From Schaalia meyeri (GTDB lineage: Bacteria; Actinomycetota; Actinomycetes; Actinomycetales; Actinomycetaceae), in assembly GCF_900105015.1 (NCBI RefSeq), contig NZ_FNLK01000008.1:60001-92000 (forward strand): a stretch of 32,000 bases of DNA, read 5' to 3'. The notes beneath the pieces were generated by a model. That model saw nothing but the letters and a program-made list of their open reading frames with translations, made no database searches and was not told the origin of the DNA. How positions within the stretch are numbered: the stretch's first letter is position 1; each line of letters begins with the position of its first letter. Shown in pieces: positions 1 to 8,880 of the stretch. The translations under genes and the position numbers were made by a program.

Positions 1-79
1 TGATCTGAGCGGCCAGGACAGCGAACCAGATGACATAGACCTTTGGGGTTCCAATCTCCCAGAGGAAGAGAGTCTCCAC
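1..79 (-). CDS. 5' end of a probable membrane protein gene running off the left edge (partial)
   Basis: The reverse strand reads AAGGAG, 6 nt, then GTG (complement of 77-79). It continues VETLFLWEIGTPKVYVIWFAVLAAQI with no stop before the window edge. The fragment is too short for the ORF track. Confidence 0.3.
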   Translation of the reverse strand, partial: METLFLWEIGTPKVYVIWFAVLAAQI

Positions 80-251
80 AGCATTCTCCTTCGAAACTGC
101 AACTGAGCTTATGGTTGTCGGCTATCATAGTGCCTTAATCAACCCAATGTACGAGGTCCGCCACGGAATCCGGGTCACGCCCGGGACGCTCTGCCCGACG
201 ACCCACATCTGCATCAAGCAGGCCTCGCCTGATCCTCAAGGAGGAGGACTC

Positions 252-1292
252 ATGACACGACACTCACGCATGCGCTCGCTATGCCGCATCAGCCTGGCGG
301 GAACGGCCGCACTCCTGGGTGGCATGTACGCGTTCAGCCAGCTCACCGGGAAAGCGACGCCGGAAGAACAGGCCTGGCGCTATCCGGGAGACGATCTCAT
401 CGACGCCAACTATGACAACGGCTACTCCTCGACCTACGCCATCACCATTGACGCCCCCGCCTATGCGGTATGGAGGCTCTTTAAACAGATCGGAGCGGAA
501 AAATCCGGGTCGTTCTCCTCGGAGTTCCTGGAAAGGACCTTCGCTCGTCTCCCCTTCTTCAACTCCTACGAGATACAGGAGGAGTTCCAGCAGCCTGATT
601 CCATGAAGCCCGGCGACATTGCTGCTTTCGACTTCCACGGGATGTCCATGGAGTGGGCTGACATCGTGCCCGGCAAGTACCTGGTTCAGTGGGTCGACAC
701 GAAGAACCCGCCGAAGGCTCCCGGGTCCTACGCTTTCCGTTTCCCGGGTATGCGGCATTTCGCGGCGGCCTGGTGCTTCTATATGGTGCCGCTGGCCGGA
801 GGCCGCACTCGCCTCATCAACCACTGGCGTATCGGCTACGAGCCGCCCAGCGCGGCAATGACCGCGCTCAATTGGGTCAACATCGAGTTCATCGGCGGGT
901 GTATGACGCACCTGCAGAATCTCTACGTGAAACGCGTCCTGGAGTTTAAGAAGAAGCAGCACCTGACAGGTCGCGTTATGCGCGGCATGCTCGGCGGGCG
1001 GTTCTTCGCCAGCCCCACCCCGGCCGGCCGACACGACGGCACGCCCCTTTTTGAGGACACCTTCACCCAGTGGTTCCGTTATGGGCGCTCAGCCCCGGCT
1101 GTCGCTGAAATACGCCCGCCCGTCACCGACGATCCATCGTGGCCGCCGACGGGTCCGGGCACCCCGTGGGAAAGCGAGGTTGATTCCTCCTACTTCGAGG
1201 GCTGGAGCGAACCGGCATTTTCTTGGGATGAGCAGATACGCCAAAAGATGGAGCGCACCTATCTGCCCGATTGGGGTAAGGAACAACGCTGA
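252..1292 (+). CDS. SRPBCC-like (START/Bet v1 fold) protein with N-terminal membrane anchor
   Basis: This is ORF 111..1292. I prefer the internal ATG at 252, which is preceded by AGGAGGA. The N-terminus MTRHSRMRSLCRISLAGTAALLGG looks like an anchor or signal. The core YAITIDAPAYAVWRLFKQIG...TRLINHWRIGYEP resembles actinobacterial SRPBCC family proteins. The family call is from memory. Confidence 0.65.
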   Translation: MTRHSRMRSLCRISLAGTAALLGGMYAFSQLTGKATPEEQAWRYPGDDLIDANYDNGYSSTYAITIDAPAYAVWRLFKQIGAEKSGSFSSEFLERTFARLPFFNSYEIQEEFQQPDSMKPGDIAAFDFHGMSMEWADIVPGKYLVQWVDTKNPPKAPGSYAFRFPGMRHFAAAWCFYMVPLAGGRTRLINHWRIGYEPPSAAMTALNWVNIEFIGGCMTHLQNLYVKRVLEFKKKQHLTGRVMRGMLGGRFFASPTPAGRHDGTPLFEDTFTQWFRYGRSAPAVAEIRPPVTDDPSWPPTGPGTPWESEVDSSYFEGWSEPAFSWDEQIRQKMERTYLPDWGKEQR

Positions 1293-2323
1293 TGGGTGCG
1301 ATCACTCCCCCGGAGTATCCGACTCTCTTTTTCTTCGAGGTCGGCCAGTGGTGGGACTACGCGATGCTCGCCTTCGTTATCGCCGCCCTCGCGTTCACCG
1401 CCTGGCTGGCCCAACGCAACATGTGGGTCGTCCTGGGCGTATTCGTCCTGATTCCCGTCGCGCTCACCATCTTCTGGTGGCCGACGTCCACGCAGGGGAC
1501 GGCCTCGGCGGGCTGGTTTCCGATCGTCAAACAGTATTCGGCGCTGGCCGGATCCCTGTGCCTGGTCGCCCTGCAGGTGTTCCCCAGGCTGCGACACAAC
1601 CGCTGGTACCTGCTGATCCCACCGGTCATCCTGGCGGTGAATATCGCCGAGGCGGTGGTCCGGGATTTTCAGTGCTACGGGATTCACGGGGTTGATCCGT
1701 CCCAGGGGATGGTCACCTGGGGAGGACCGTGGAACATCATGAACGGTATTGCGGGTATCCTCAACCTCCTGGCGATCTCGGGATGGATCGGGATCTTCGT
1801 GTCGAAAGGGAAGGAACGGGCCCTCGTGTGGGGTGACCTGACCATCGGCTGGATCATCGCCTACGACCTGTGGAACTTCGCCTACGTGTACAACTGCCTG
1901 GCGGACCGCGCGTGGTACTCGGGCGTGGCCCTGCTGGCCTCGTGCACGATCCCGGCCCTATTGAAGTTCGGTCGGGGGGCGTGGATCCAATACCGGGCGT
2001 ACACGCTCACCTTCTGGTCTGCCGTGGTGCTCACCTTCCCGCACTTCATGCAGGACTCGATGTTCGCCCACCGCAGCGCCCACAACCCCACGGCGATGTT
2101 CATCATCTCCGCGGCCGCCCTGGTTGCCAACCTGTGGGTGTTCGGCAAGCACGCGCACACGATCGTCGCGAAGAGGCGCAACCCCTTGACGCAGGAGGTC
2201 CACAGCGACGAGCCGACCTACGTGTCTTGGGTGCGCGATCTGGCATCCGACGAGGACAAGAAGATAATCGCCGCGCGCCTGGGAACGACACCGGAGAAAG
2301 CGGGTTTCATCTCGAACGCATAG
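1292..2323 (+). CDS. polytopic integral membrane protein of unknown function
   Basis: A 343-aa ORF whose start overlaps the upstream stop (TGATG), implying translational coupling. It has many hydrophobic helices (LAFVIAALAFTAWL, VVLGVFVLIPVALTIFWW, GILNLLAISGWIGIFV and others). Confidence 0.75.
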   Translation: MGAITPPEYPTLFFFEVGQWWDYAMLAFVIAALAFTAWLAQRNMWVVLGVFVLIPVALTIFWWPTSTQGTASAGWFPIVKQYSALAGSLCLVALQVFPRLRHNRWYLLIPPVILAVNIAEAVVRDFQCYGIHGVDPSQGMVTWGGPWNIMNGIAGILNLLAISGWIGIFVSKGKERALVWGDLTIGWIIAYDLWNFAYVYNCLADRAWYSGVALLASCTIPALLKFGRGAWIQYRAYTLTFWSAVVLTFPHFMQDSMFAHRSAHNPTAMFIISAAALVANLWVFGKHAHTIVAKRRNPLTQEVHSDEPTYVSWVRDLASDEDKKIIAARLGTTPEKAGFISNA

Positions 2324-2329
2324 GGCGTA

Positions 2330-2347
2330 CGCCGGTCGCATCCGGCG
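2330..2347 (+). terminator. weak stem-loop after the membrane protein gene
   Basis: CGCCGG-TCGCAT-CCGGCG lies 7 nt after the stop at 2323 and is followed by CTTGATGTG. The stem is short and there is no clean U tract. Confidence 0.3.
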
Positions 2348-2774
2348 CTTGATGTGATCGCGCCGAGGAGTCATTCGTCGAGGTCGCACGTGCTGCGCCG
2401 TCGCGGCGCCATGCCCGAGGCCACGCCTTGCCTCTCGGCCGCACGCGTCCTCCCCTCATTCCTTCCTTCGTGCCTTTCCCAGCTCGCTCCTTCCTGCGTT
2501 GAAGTGTCTGGGTTGTGGGTGTGGCGCTCGGGTTCGCGTGTTCTCGCGGCGCGCGCCGGGCGTACACGTCTTCATTTGGCCAGGTCAGGTGTGGGTTTTG
2601 GGTGTGGTGTGCACGTTTGTGCGGGGTTTGGGTGGTGGGTGGGAATTGTTGTGTGGTGATTGCGGGGGATTCTTGGTGTTTCGTGTTGGTTCTGCGCCTA
2701 CCATGGTTCCCAAGGGGCGTGCTCCCAGTGTCGGGGGCGCCCAGGAGTACACCTCAGTGTGGAGGGCACACACC

Positions 2775-3719
2775 ATGGAAATCCCACCATTGTCCCAGCG
2801 ACCCATCACCGATGAGGAGGAAGAAGCCTTCCTCCAATCCACGCAACCCAGGCGCGGCCTGTTCACCCGCCGGTCCTGGGGCCTGGGCACCACCCACCGT
2901 CCGCGCAGCAAAAACACTAAAGAAAACAAAACAGGCACGGGATTTACCACCTTTGATACCACCCACAACACGACGCGCACCGGTGGCGGGCTGGCCTCGT
3001 GGCTGCGAGCCGACCCCATTGACTGGGGAATCCGGGCACTCATTATCCTCCTCGCCATCGGCGCCCTTGTCGCAGTCTATATCCAGGGCGAAGCACGGGG
3101 CTGGTGGAACCAGGGCACAGCCCCCACGGCGGCGCCCACGCGGTCTGCCATGTCGGGCGGGGCTCCCACCCCCGCGCCGACCGGTTCGGGTGAGGCCGTG
3201 ATGTCGGGCGGGTACGAGATCGGACCCGACGGCATCCTAGTACGCCCAGCAGAGCACGCCGCATCCACCTACACCCTACCCACACTCCCCCAAACCGCCA
3301 CAGAAAACACCGAACGAGGAGCAGAAGCAGCCGCCGAACACTACCTCGCTGTTGCCACCTATGCCTGGAATACGGGAGACACTTCCGCTGTCAGAGCGTT
3401 ATCATCCGAAGATAGCGGATTTGCCGAGGACCTAATCAACAGGATTAATGAAGACTACTCTGATGGGTGGGTATTCGGTCACTCGCTAACAGTAAAGAAT
3501 ATCCTCCTGCTAGAACCTGTCCCCGCTAACGGAGCAGACGTCCCACCGAATACAATCGGCGTCAAGTTTAGTGTCATGGCGATCGATGGCACAAAATGCA
3601 AAAAGAAGCACATCACCGTCAGAAACAACGAGTATCACTCGACAATTTCTTTATTCATGACCTGGAATAATGGCCAGTGGATTGAAACACAAGGGAGAGC
3701 GGTTAGCGATGAAAACTAG
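2775..3719 (+). CDS. membrane-anchored extracytoplasmic protein with DUF6318-like C-terminal domain
   Basis: This is ORF 2499..3719. The first 92 codons translate a GT-rich low-complexity tract (CGCG/VWV), so I prefer the ATG at 2775 (MEIPPLSQRP). There is a single TM helix (IRALIILLAIGALVAVYIQG) and a Pro/Ala linker. The C-terminal AEHYLAVATYAWNTGDTSAVRALSSEDSGFAEDLINRIN resembles the actinobacterial DUF6318 pattern (from memory). The 3' half is visibly lower in GC. Confidence 0.6.
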   Translation: MEIPPLSQRPITDEEEEAFLQSTQPRRGLFTRRSWGLGTTHRPRSKNTKENKTGTGFTTFDTTHNTTRTGGGLASWLRADPIDWGIRALIILLAIGALVAVYIQGEARGWWNQGTAPTAAPTRSAMSGGAPTPAPTGSGEAVMSGGYEIGPDGILVRPAEHAASTYTLPTLPQTATENTERGAEAAAEHYLAVATYAWNTGDTSAVRALSSEDSGFAEDLINRINEDYSDGWVFGHSLTVKNILLLEPVPANGADVPPNTIGVKFSVMAIDGTKCKKKHITVRNNEYHSTISLFMTWNNGQWIETQGRAVSDEN

Positions 3720-4653
3720 ATACACCAGCTCGCACACCATAGTAGCGACAGTAGCATTTGTATTCTGCTCAATGAGCACAGTTACCGCCACCTATGCCGA
3801 CGATCGCGCGCGTCATCACGATTGGGATCAAGTCGTTGAGGGCGATGGAAGTAATATCAAGGTATCCCAGCAAGAAAAGTGGGGATACCAGTCTGATTCA
3901 GCCTCATCATCTTCCTCGTCTGCTGGGAGGACTGTGACTGATGACAGGAGTCGTTTAACGGCGGACTCTGTTGCTTCGTCTGAGGCTGGGGCGTATTTTG
4001 ATTGGGCGCATTGCGCTGTTGAGCAGCTGCCTCACGGGGACGATCCTTTCACGCAGGGCAGCTGGGTATGCGCCTACCCGCCCCCCGCACCGGGCGAAGA
4101 CCCCACACCAACACGCATCCCCACCACCCGTGAGATTCTGTTGGCGGCCGCGACCTTAATCCACGCCGACGGCGCAGGCCTACGCAAGCGCCCCGAGGGA
4201 GTGTCCTACACCAACAAATACATCCCCACCCTGGTCAACGCCACACACCCCACCCAAACACACACCATCACCCTCCTAGGCCGCACCATCACCATCACCC
4301 TCAACGCCGAGGAATACACCTGGAACTGGGGAGACAACACACCCAACACCACCACGACCTCACCAGGAGCACCCTGGCAAAAAGGCATGAACCCCAATAC
4401 CGACCCCACCCTCATCCACCACCACTACACCCCACCCCAAGGATGGCGATCCTCCCTAGATGGCCCCTACCCCACAGCCAGTCGCACCATCACCCTCACC
4501 ACCACATGGAGCGGAACAGCAACCAACCCCTTCACCGGACAAACCCAAACCATCAACGGCCTGGTCACCACCACCGAAACAACCGACCCCTTCCCCCTAG
4601 ACCACCTCATCATCAACAACACCGACACCTGGGAAGAAAAACAAGGACACTAA
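3709..4653 (+). CDS. secreted Thr/Pro/His-rich protein of unknown function
   Basis: This is ORF 3670..4653. The ATG at 3709 gives MKTRYTSSHTIVATVAFVFCSMSTVTATYADD, which looks like a signal peptide. The gene overlaps the upstream stop by 11 nt, suggesting coupling. The C-terminal half is rich in T, P, H and N. Confidence 0.6.
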   Translation: MKTRYTSSHTIVATVAFVFCSMSTVTATYADDRARHHDWDQVVEGDGSNIKVSQQEKWGYQSDSASSSSSSAGRTVTDDRSRLTADSVASSEAGAYFDWAHCAVEQLPHGDDPFTQGSWVCAYPPPAPGEDPTPTRIPTTREILLAAATLIHADGAGLRKRPEGVSYTNKYIPTLVNATHPTQTHTITLLGRTITITLNAEEYTWNWGDNTPNTTTTSPGAPWQKGMNPNTDPTLIHHHYTPPQGWRSSLDGPYPTASRTITLTTTWSGTATNPFTGQTQTINGLVTTTETTDPFPLDHLIINNTDTWEEKQGH

Positions 4654-4721
4654 ACAACCAAACACCCACACAACACACAACCCAACAGACACACCCCCAC
4701 GCCCCACACAAAACCCGACAG

Positions 4722-6131
4722 CTATGCGAGCCCCGCGTCCAACGCCAACAAGTGATCAACCGTCTGCGGACGCACGAACCAACGGGCCGCACCATCCTCA
4801 ACAGCCAGCACACCAGGCTTGGTCACCATATTGTAATTGGACGCCATCGAATACCCATAAGCACCCACAGCAGGCACCACCAGGAGATCGCCGCCCGCAA
4901 TGTCGCCCGGCAGGTCGACGTCGCGGATGATGATGTCCCCGCTCTCGCAATGCTTACCGACCACGCGGCAGCGTGCCAGGGCGCCGGGCTGGGCGGGGCA
5001 GTCGCGATTCGCCAGGGTCGCCGTGTAGGCGGCGTCGTAAAGGACGGGCCGGATGTTATCCGACATGCCCCCGTCGATCGCCACGTACCGGCGCACTCCC
5101 CCGCCTTCCAGCGAAACGTCTTTGATGGCGCCCACGCGGTAGAGCATCACCATCGACGCCCCCGCGATCGAACGCCCGGGTTCGACGGACACGTGCGGGA
5201 TCGGCAGGCCGTGGTGTGCGCAGCGCTCGCGAACCGCGTCGGCCAGCACGCGCGCGACCTCCACGGGAGAGGTCGGCACCGGGTCCTGGCCCGTGTAGGA
5301 GATGCCCACGCCGCCACCCAGGTCGATCGCGGGAACCCCCAGGGCCAGCTCGTCGCGCAGCCTGGCCGCAAAGTCGATGACGATGCGGGCAGCCTGCGAA
5401 AAGGCGCGGGTGCCGAAAATCTGGGAGCCGATGTGGCTGTGCAGGCCCCGAAAATCCAGGTGCGGGGCGCGGGCGATCGCCGCCATGGCCTCGAGCGCCT
5501 GGCCGGTGGCCAGGGACAGGCCGAACTTCTGGTCCTCGTGGGCGGTGGCAACGTACTCGTTTCCACCCGCGTGGATGCCGGACTTCAGGCGCACCATGAC
5601 GGGCGCGGCGACGCCCAGCTCCGCGGCGATCCGCTCGACCTGGCGAACCTCGTCCATCGAATCGATAAAGATCCGGTGAATGCCGGACTCGAGGGCCAGT
5701 CGGATCTCCTCGTCGGACTTATTGTTGCCGTGCAACCCGATGCGCTTTGGGTCAACCCCCGCGCGCAGCGCGAGCGTCAGCTCCCCCAGCGACGCGGTAT
5801 CGACCCCCAGCCCCTCACTGGCCACCAGGCGGGCGACATCGGCGCTCAGGAACGCCTTACCCGCGTAAAAGGCGTCGCCGCCCCTCATGCCGTAGCCGTC
5901 CCAGAACTCCTCGGCCATCGCCGACGCCCACACGCGGGCGCGCCCGCGCAGCCCCTCAACGTCCAGCACGAAAGTGGGGGTGCCGAACTCACAGGCGATC
6001 CTGGTCAGGTCGACGCCGCCCACACGCAAAACGCCGTCCACGCGCCGGGCGCTCCACGGCCACAGGTCGGGGCGCTCACCGGGGTTCGGACAGGTGAGGG
6101 ACCCAACGGGCGCACGATCCGCCTTCCTCAC
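4722..6131 (-). CDS. lysA: diaminopimelate decarboxylase
   Basis: A 469-aa protein with an alanine-racemase-like PLP fold. Signatures include YAGKAF, HSHIGSQ, LGGGVGISYTG and the CESGD motif. It sits immediately downstream of argS, which is conserved actinobacterial synteny. The start codon is GTG. Confidence 0.95.
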   Translation of the reverse strand: MRKADRAPVGSLTCPNPGERPDLWPWSARRVDGVLRVGGVDLTRIACEFGTPTFVLDVEGLRGRARVWASAMAEEFWDGYGMRGGDAFYAGKAFLSADVARLVASEGLGVDTASLGELTLALRAGVDPKRIGLHGNNKSDEEIRLALESGIHRIFIDSMDEVRQVERIAAELGVAAPVMVRLKSGIHAGGNEYVATAHEDQKFGLSLATGQALEAMAAIARAPHLDFRGLHSHIGSQIFGTRAFSQAARIVIDFAARLRDELALGVPAIDLGGGVGISYTGQDPVPTSPVEVARVLADAVRERCAHHGLPIPHVSVEPGRSIAGASMVMLYRVGAIKDVSLEGGGVRRYVAIDGGMSDNIRPVLYDAAYTATLANRDCPAQPGALARCRVVGKHCESGDIIIRDVDLPGDIAGGDLLVVPAVGAYGYSMASNYNMVTKPGVLAVEDGAARWFVRPQTVDHLLALDAGLA

Positions 6132-6134
6132 TGC

Positions 6135-7814
6135 TCACATCCTTTCCGGGGCGCTCACGCCGAGCAGACCGAGGCCGGAGCGCAGCACCTGGGTCACCGC
6201 GTCGTTGAGCCACAGGCGGGCGACGTGGCCGGGCTGGATCGGATCGAGGCTGCGGGGGGTGACGCGACACTGGCCGTACCAGGCGTGGTAGGTGGCGGCC
6301 AAGGACTCCAGGTAGCGGGCGATGCGGTGCGGCTCGCGCAGCTCGGTGGCCTGAGCGACCTGAGCGGGGAACTGGGCGAGCGCGCCCAGCAGGGCCGAGT
6401 CGGCCTCGGTATCCAGCTCGGCCGGGTCAAATCCCGCGTCGCGGCTCACGCCGTGAGTGGCGGCGTTGCGCGCGACGTTACAGGTGCGCACGTGCGCGTA
6501 CTGCACGTAATACACCGGGTTGTCGTTCGAGTGCTGCGAGAGCAGGTCCAGATCGATATCGACCTGCGTGTCCATCGAGACGCGAACGAGGGCGTAGCGG
6601 GCCGCGTCCACACCGACCGCATCGACCAGGTCGTCCAGCGTGACGATCGTGCCTGCGCGCTTCGACATGCGCACGGGCTCGCCATCCTTCACCAGGTTCA
6701 CGAGCTGGCCGATGAGGATCTGCAGGTTCACGCCGGGGGTGTCGCCGAAGGCGGCGCACATGGCCATCATGCGGCCGATGTAGCCGTGGTGGTCCGCGCC
6801 CAGCAGGTAAATGGCCGCATCCGCGCCGCGCTCACGCTTATTCAGGTAGTAGGCGACATCGCCCGCGAAGTAGGCGGCCTGGCCATCCGACTTGATGAGC
6901 ACGCGGTCCTTGTCGTCCCCGTTAGCGGTCGTGCGCAGCCACACTGCGCCGCCCTCGTCAAAGATCTGGCCGCGCTCACGCAGGTGCTTGATCGCCTCGT
7001 TCACCGCACCGGATGAGTGCAGCGAATCCTCGTGGAAAAACACATCGAAGTCCGCGCGGAAAGAGTGCAGGCGCTCCTTGATCTCGGCGAACATCAGCTC
7101 GACGCCGCGAGCGCGGAACACCTCGATGGCCTCCCCTTCGGGCAGGGTGATCGGGTCGGGTTCGCCCGCGGCGCGCGCGTCGGCACGCACCTGTTCGGCG
7201 ATGTCGGCGATGTATTGGCCGCCGTAGCCGTCCTCGGGCACCTCGCGGCCCATGGCGCGGGCGTAGAGGGAATGGGAGAAACGGTCGATCTGGGAGCCGT
7301 GGTCGTTGAAGTAATACTCGCGGGTCACGGCGGCGCCGGAAGCGGCCATGAGGCGCGACAGCGAATCGCCGACCGCCGCCCAGCGGGCGCCCCCCAGGTG
7401 CACGGGGCCGGTCGGGTTGGCCGACACATACTCGAGGTTGATGGAGCGGCCCGCCAGCGTCTGGTTGCGGCCGTAGGCGGCCCCCGCCTGAACGATGGTG
7501 CGGGCCAGCTCGCCCGCGGCGCCCGCGCCCAGGCGGATGTTGATAAATCCGGGACCCGCGACCTCAACGGAGTCGATGCCGGCGGCGCCGCTCAGGTCTC
7601 CAGCGAGGATCGATGCGAATTCGCGCGGGGCCATTCCGGCCTTCTTGCCCAGTTGCATGGCGACGTTGGTCGCCCAGTCGCCGTGCTCGCGCACGCGGGG
7701 GCGCTCCACGGTCACGGGGTCGGGGACCAGGGCGGGATCGATCGAAATGCGCCCGGCGGCGGCAGCGTCCAGCAGCGTCGAGCGGATGAGGCAAGCAAGT
7801 TCTTCAGGAGTCAC
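6135..7814 (-). CDS. argS: arginine--tRNA ligase
   Basis: A 559-aa class I aaRS. It carries [14 protein letters not shown] (HIGH-like), MSKRAG (KMSKS-like) and a C-terminal DALR anticodon-binding region. The start codon is GTG (MTPEELA). Confidence 0.97.
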   Translation of the reverse strand: MTPEELACLIRSTLLDAAAAGRISIDPALVPDPVTVERPRVREHGDWATNVAMQLGKKAGMAPREFASILAGDLSGAAGIDSVEVAGPGFINIRLGAGAAGELARTIVQAGAAYGRNQTLAGRSINLEYVSANPTGPVHLGGARWAAVGDSLSRLMAASGAAVTREYYFNDHGSQIDRFSHSLYARAMGREVPEDGYGGQYIADIAEQVRADARAAGEPDPITLPEGEAIEVFRARGVELMFAEIKERLHSFRADFDVFFHEDSLHSSGAVNEAIKHLRERGQIFDEGGAVWLRTTANGDDKDRVLIKSDGQAAYFAGDVAYYLNKRERGADAAIYLLGADHHGYIGRMMAMCAAFGDTPGVNLQILIGQLVNLVKDGEPVRMSKRAGTIVTLDDLVDAVGVDAARYALVRVSMDTQVDIDLDLLSQHSNDNPVYYVQYAHVRTCNVARNAATHGVSRDAGFDPAELDTEADSALLGALAQFPAQVAQATELREPHRIARYLESLAATYHAWYGQCRVTPRSLDPIQPGHVARLWLNDAVTQVLRSGLGLLGVSAPERM

Positions 7815-8027
7815 CCCCCAAGCCTACGGGGTTTTCACGCCCCGCCGCGAGCTCTCTTCGCGCGCTCGGATGAATACCTGGCCACACGAGGGGTTGGAGG
7901 ACAAGGATGGGGCGCCCTGCGCCACGCGGATGCACGGGGGACGACGCGCGGCGCGGCACTCCACGACCCACGCGGACGCACGGGGGCATAGGGGCGGGGC
8001 GGCAAAGACGCGCGGTGCTTTGCACGC

Positions 8028-8070
8028 GAATCGGGGCCGACGGATCACTTCAATCCGCCGGCCCCGATTC
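8028..8070 (-). terminator. long stem-loop 12 nt downstream of rpiB
   Basis: GAATCGGGGCCGACGGAT-cacttca-ATCCGCCGGCCCCGATTC forms an 18-bp stem with one mismatch. There is no U tract, which is common for actinobacterial terminators. Confidence 0.5.
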
Positions 8071-8081
8071 ACCTCAACGAT

Positions 8082-8537
8082 TCAGGCGCGCACGGAGCGC
8101 TCATAGTCTTTCATGAGGTCGATGCGGCGCTGGTGGCGCTGGTCCCCGCTGAAGGGGGTCTCCAGGAACGCGTCAATGAGCGCGAGGGCCTCGGCCTCGG
8201 TGTGCTGGCGCGCGCCGACGGCCACGACGTTCGCGTCGTTATGCTCGCGAGCCAGGCGAGCGGTCGCATCCGACCACACCAGCGCGGCACGCACGCCCTC
8301 CACGCAGTTGGCGGCCATCTGCTCGCCGTTACCGGAGCCACCGATGACAATGCCGAGGCTGCCCGGCTCATCCACGACCGCCTGCGCTGCCTCGATGCAG
8401 AACGGCGGATAGTCATCCAACGCATCGAAAGTGCGTGCGCCATGATCCACGACAACGTGACCGGCCCCGCGCAGGTGTGCGACGACCTTTTCCTTGAGCT
8501 CAAAACCGGCATGATCGGTGCCGATATGAACGCGCAT
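8082..8537 (-). CDS. rpiB: ribose-5-phosphate isomerase B
   Basis: MRVHIGTDHAGFELKEKV...GIVIGGSGNGEQMAANC...ARLAREHNDANV is the typical RpiB/LacAB family pattern. The ATG at 8537 is preceded by GGAGGA. The track ORF 8082..8870 over-extends through the tRNA gene. Confidence 0.93.
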   Translation of the reverse strand: MRVHIGTDHAGFELKEKVVAHLRGAGHVVVDHGARTFDALDDYPPFCIEAAQAVVDEPGSLGIVIGGSGNGEQMAANCVEGVRAALVWSDATARLAREHNDANVVAVGARQHTEAEALALIDAFLETPFSGDQRHQRRIDLMKDYERSVRA

Positions 8538-8636
8538 AGAATCCTCCTGATGGTTTTTCAGATAAGGGACACCGACCAGTATGGCACACATCACCGTCAC
8601 GCGCGGGTGTGTGAACCCTGCTAGACTGGCCGGGTT

Positions 8637-8712
8637 GCCCCGATAGCTCAGCGGATAGAGCGCTTGCCTCCGGTGCAAGAGGTCGCAGGTTCGAGTCCTG
8701 TTCGGGGCGCCA
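8637..8712 (+). tRNA. tRNA-Arg (anticodon CCG), CCA encoded
   Basis: A manual cloverleaf fits. Acceptor stem GCCCCGA/TCGGGGC, D stem GCTC/GAGC, anticodon stem CTTGC/GCAAG with loop CT-CCG-GT, and T stem GCAGG/CCTGT with TTCGAGT. Discriminator G is followed by CCA. Confidence 0.93.
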
Positions 8713-8880
8713 CGGTCGCCCGCGTTTCCCGCTGCCCCGCCTCCCGCGGGTCCTCGCGAACCGGCCGACGCTCCACGGACCATCGGCGCTGCCTCTCCCG
8801 CCTCGCGGGAGATGCCGCGCCCCACGCCTCGCACCCCAATAAAATGGAGTGCGCCCCAATCGTCAAACAAGGACCGGCCG

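Noticed and set aside
2499-2774. First 92 codons of ORF 2499..3719
   Set aside because: This is a translation of a GT-skewed low-complexity tract (MKCLGCGCGARVRV...VWVLGVVC...). It has no RBS, and a better start exists at 2775.
4443-7016. 857-aa plus-strand ORF
   Set aside because: It is antisense to the clearly recognisable lysA and argS genes. The product is low-complexity and rich in R, A, G, H and P, with no motifs. This is a typical high-GC shadow ORF.
8538-8870. N-terminal extension of the rpiB ORF (track ORF 8082..8870)
   Set aside because: The extension reads through the complement of the tRNA-Arg gene. The canonical RpiB N-terminus (MRVHIGTDHAG) with a GGAGGA RBS begins at 8537.
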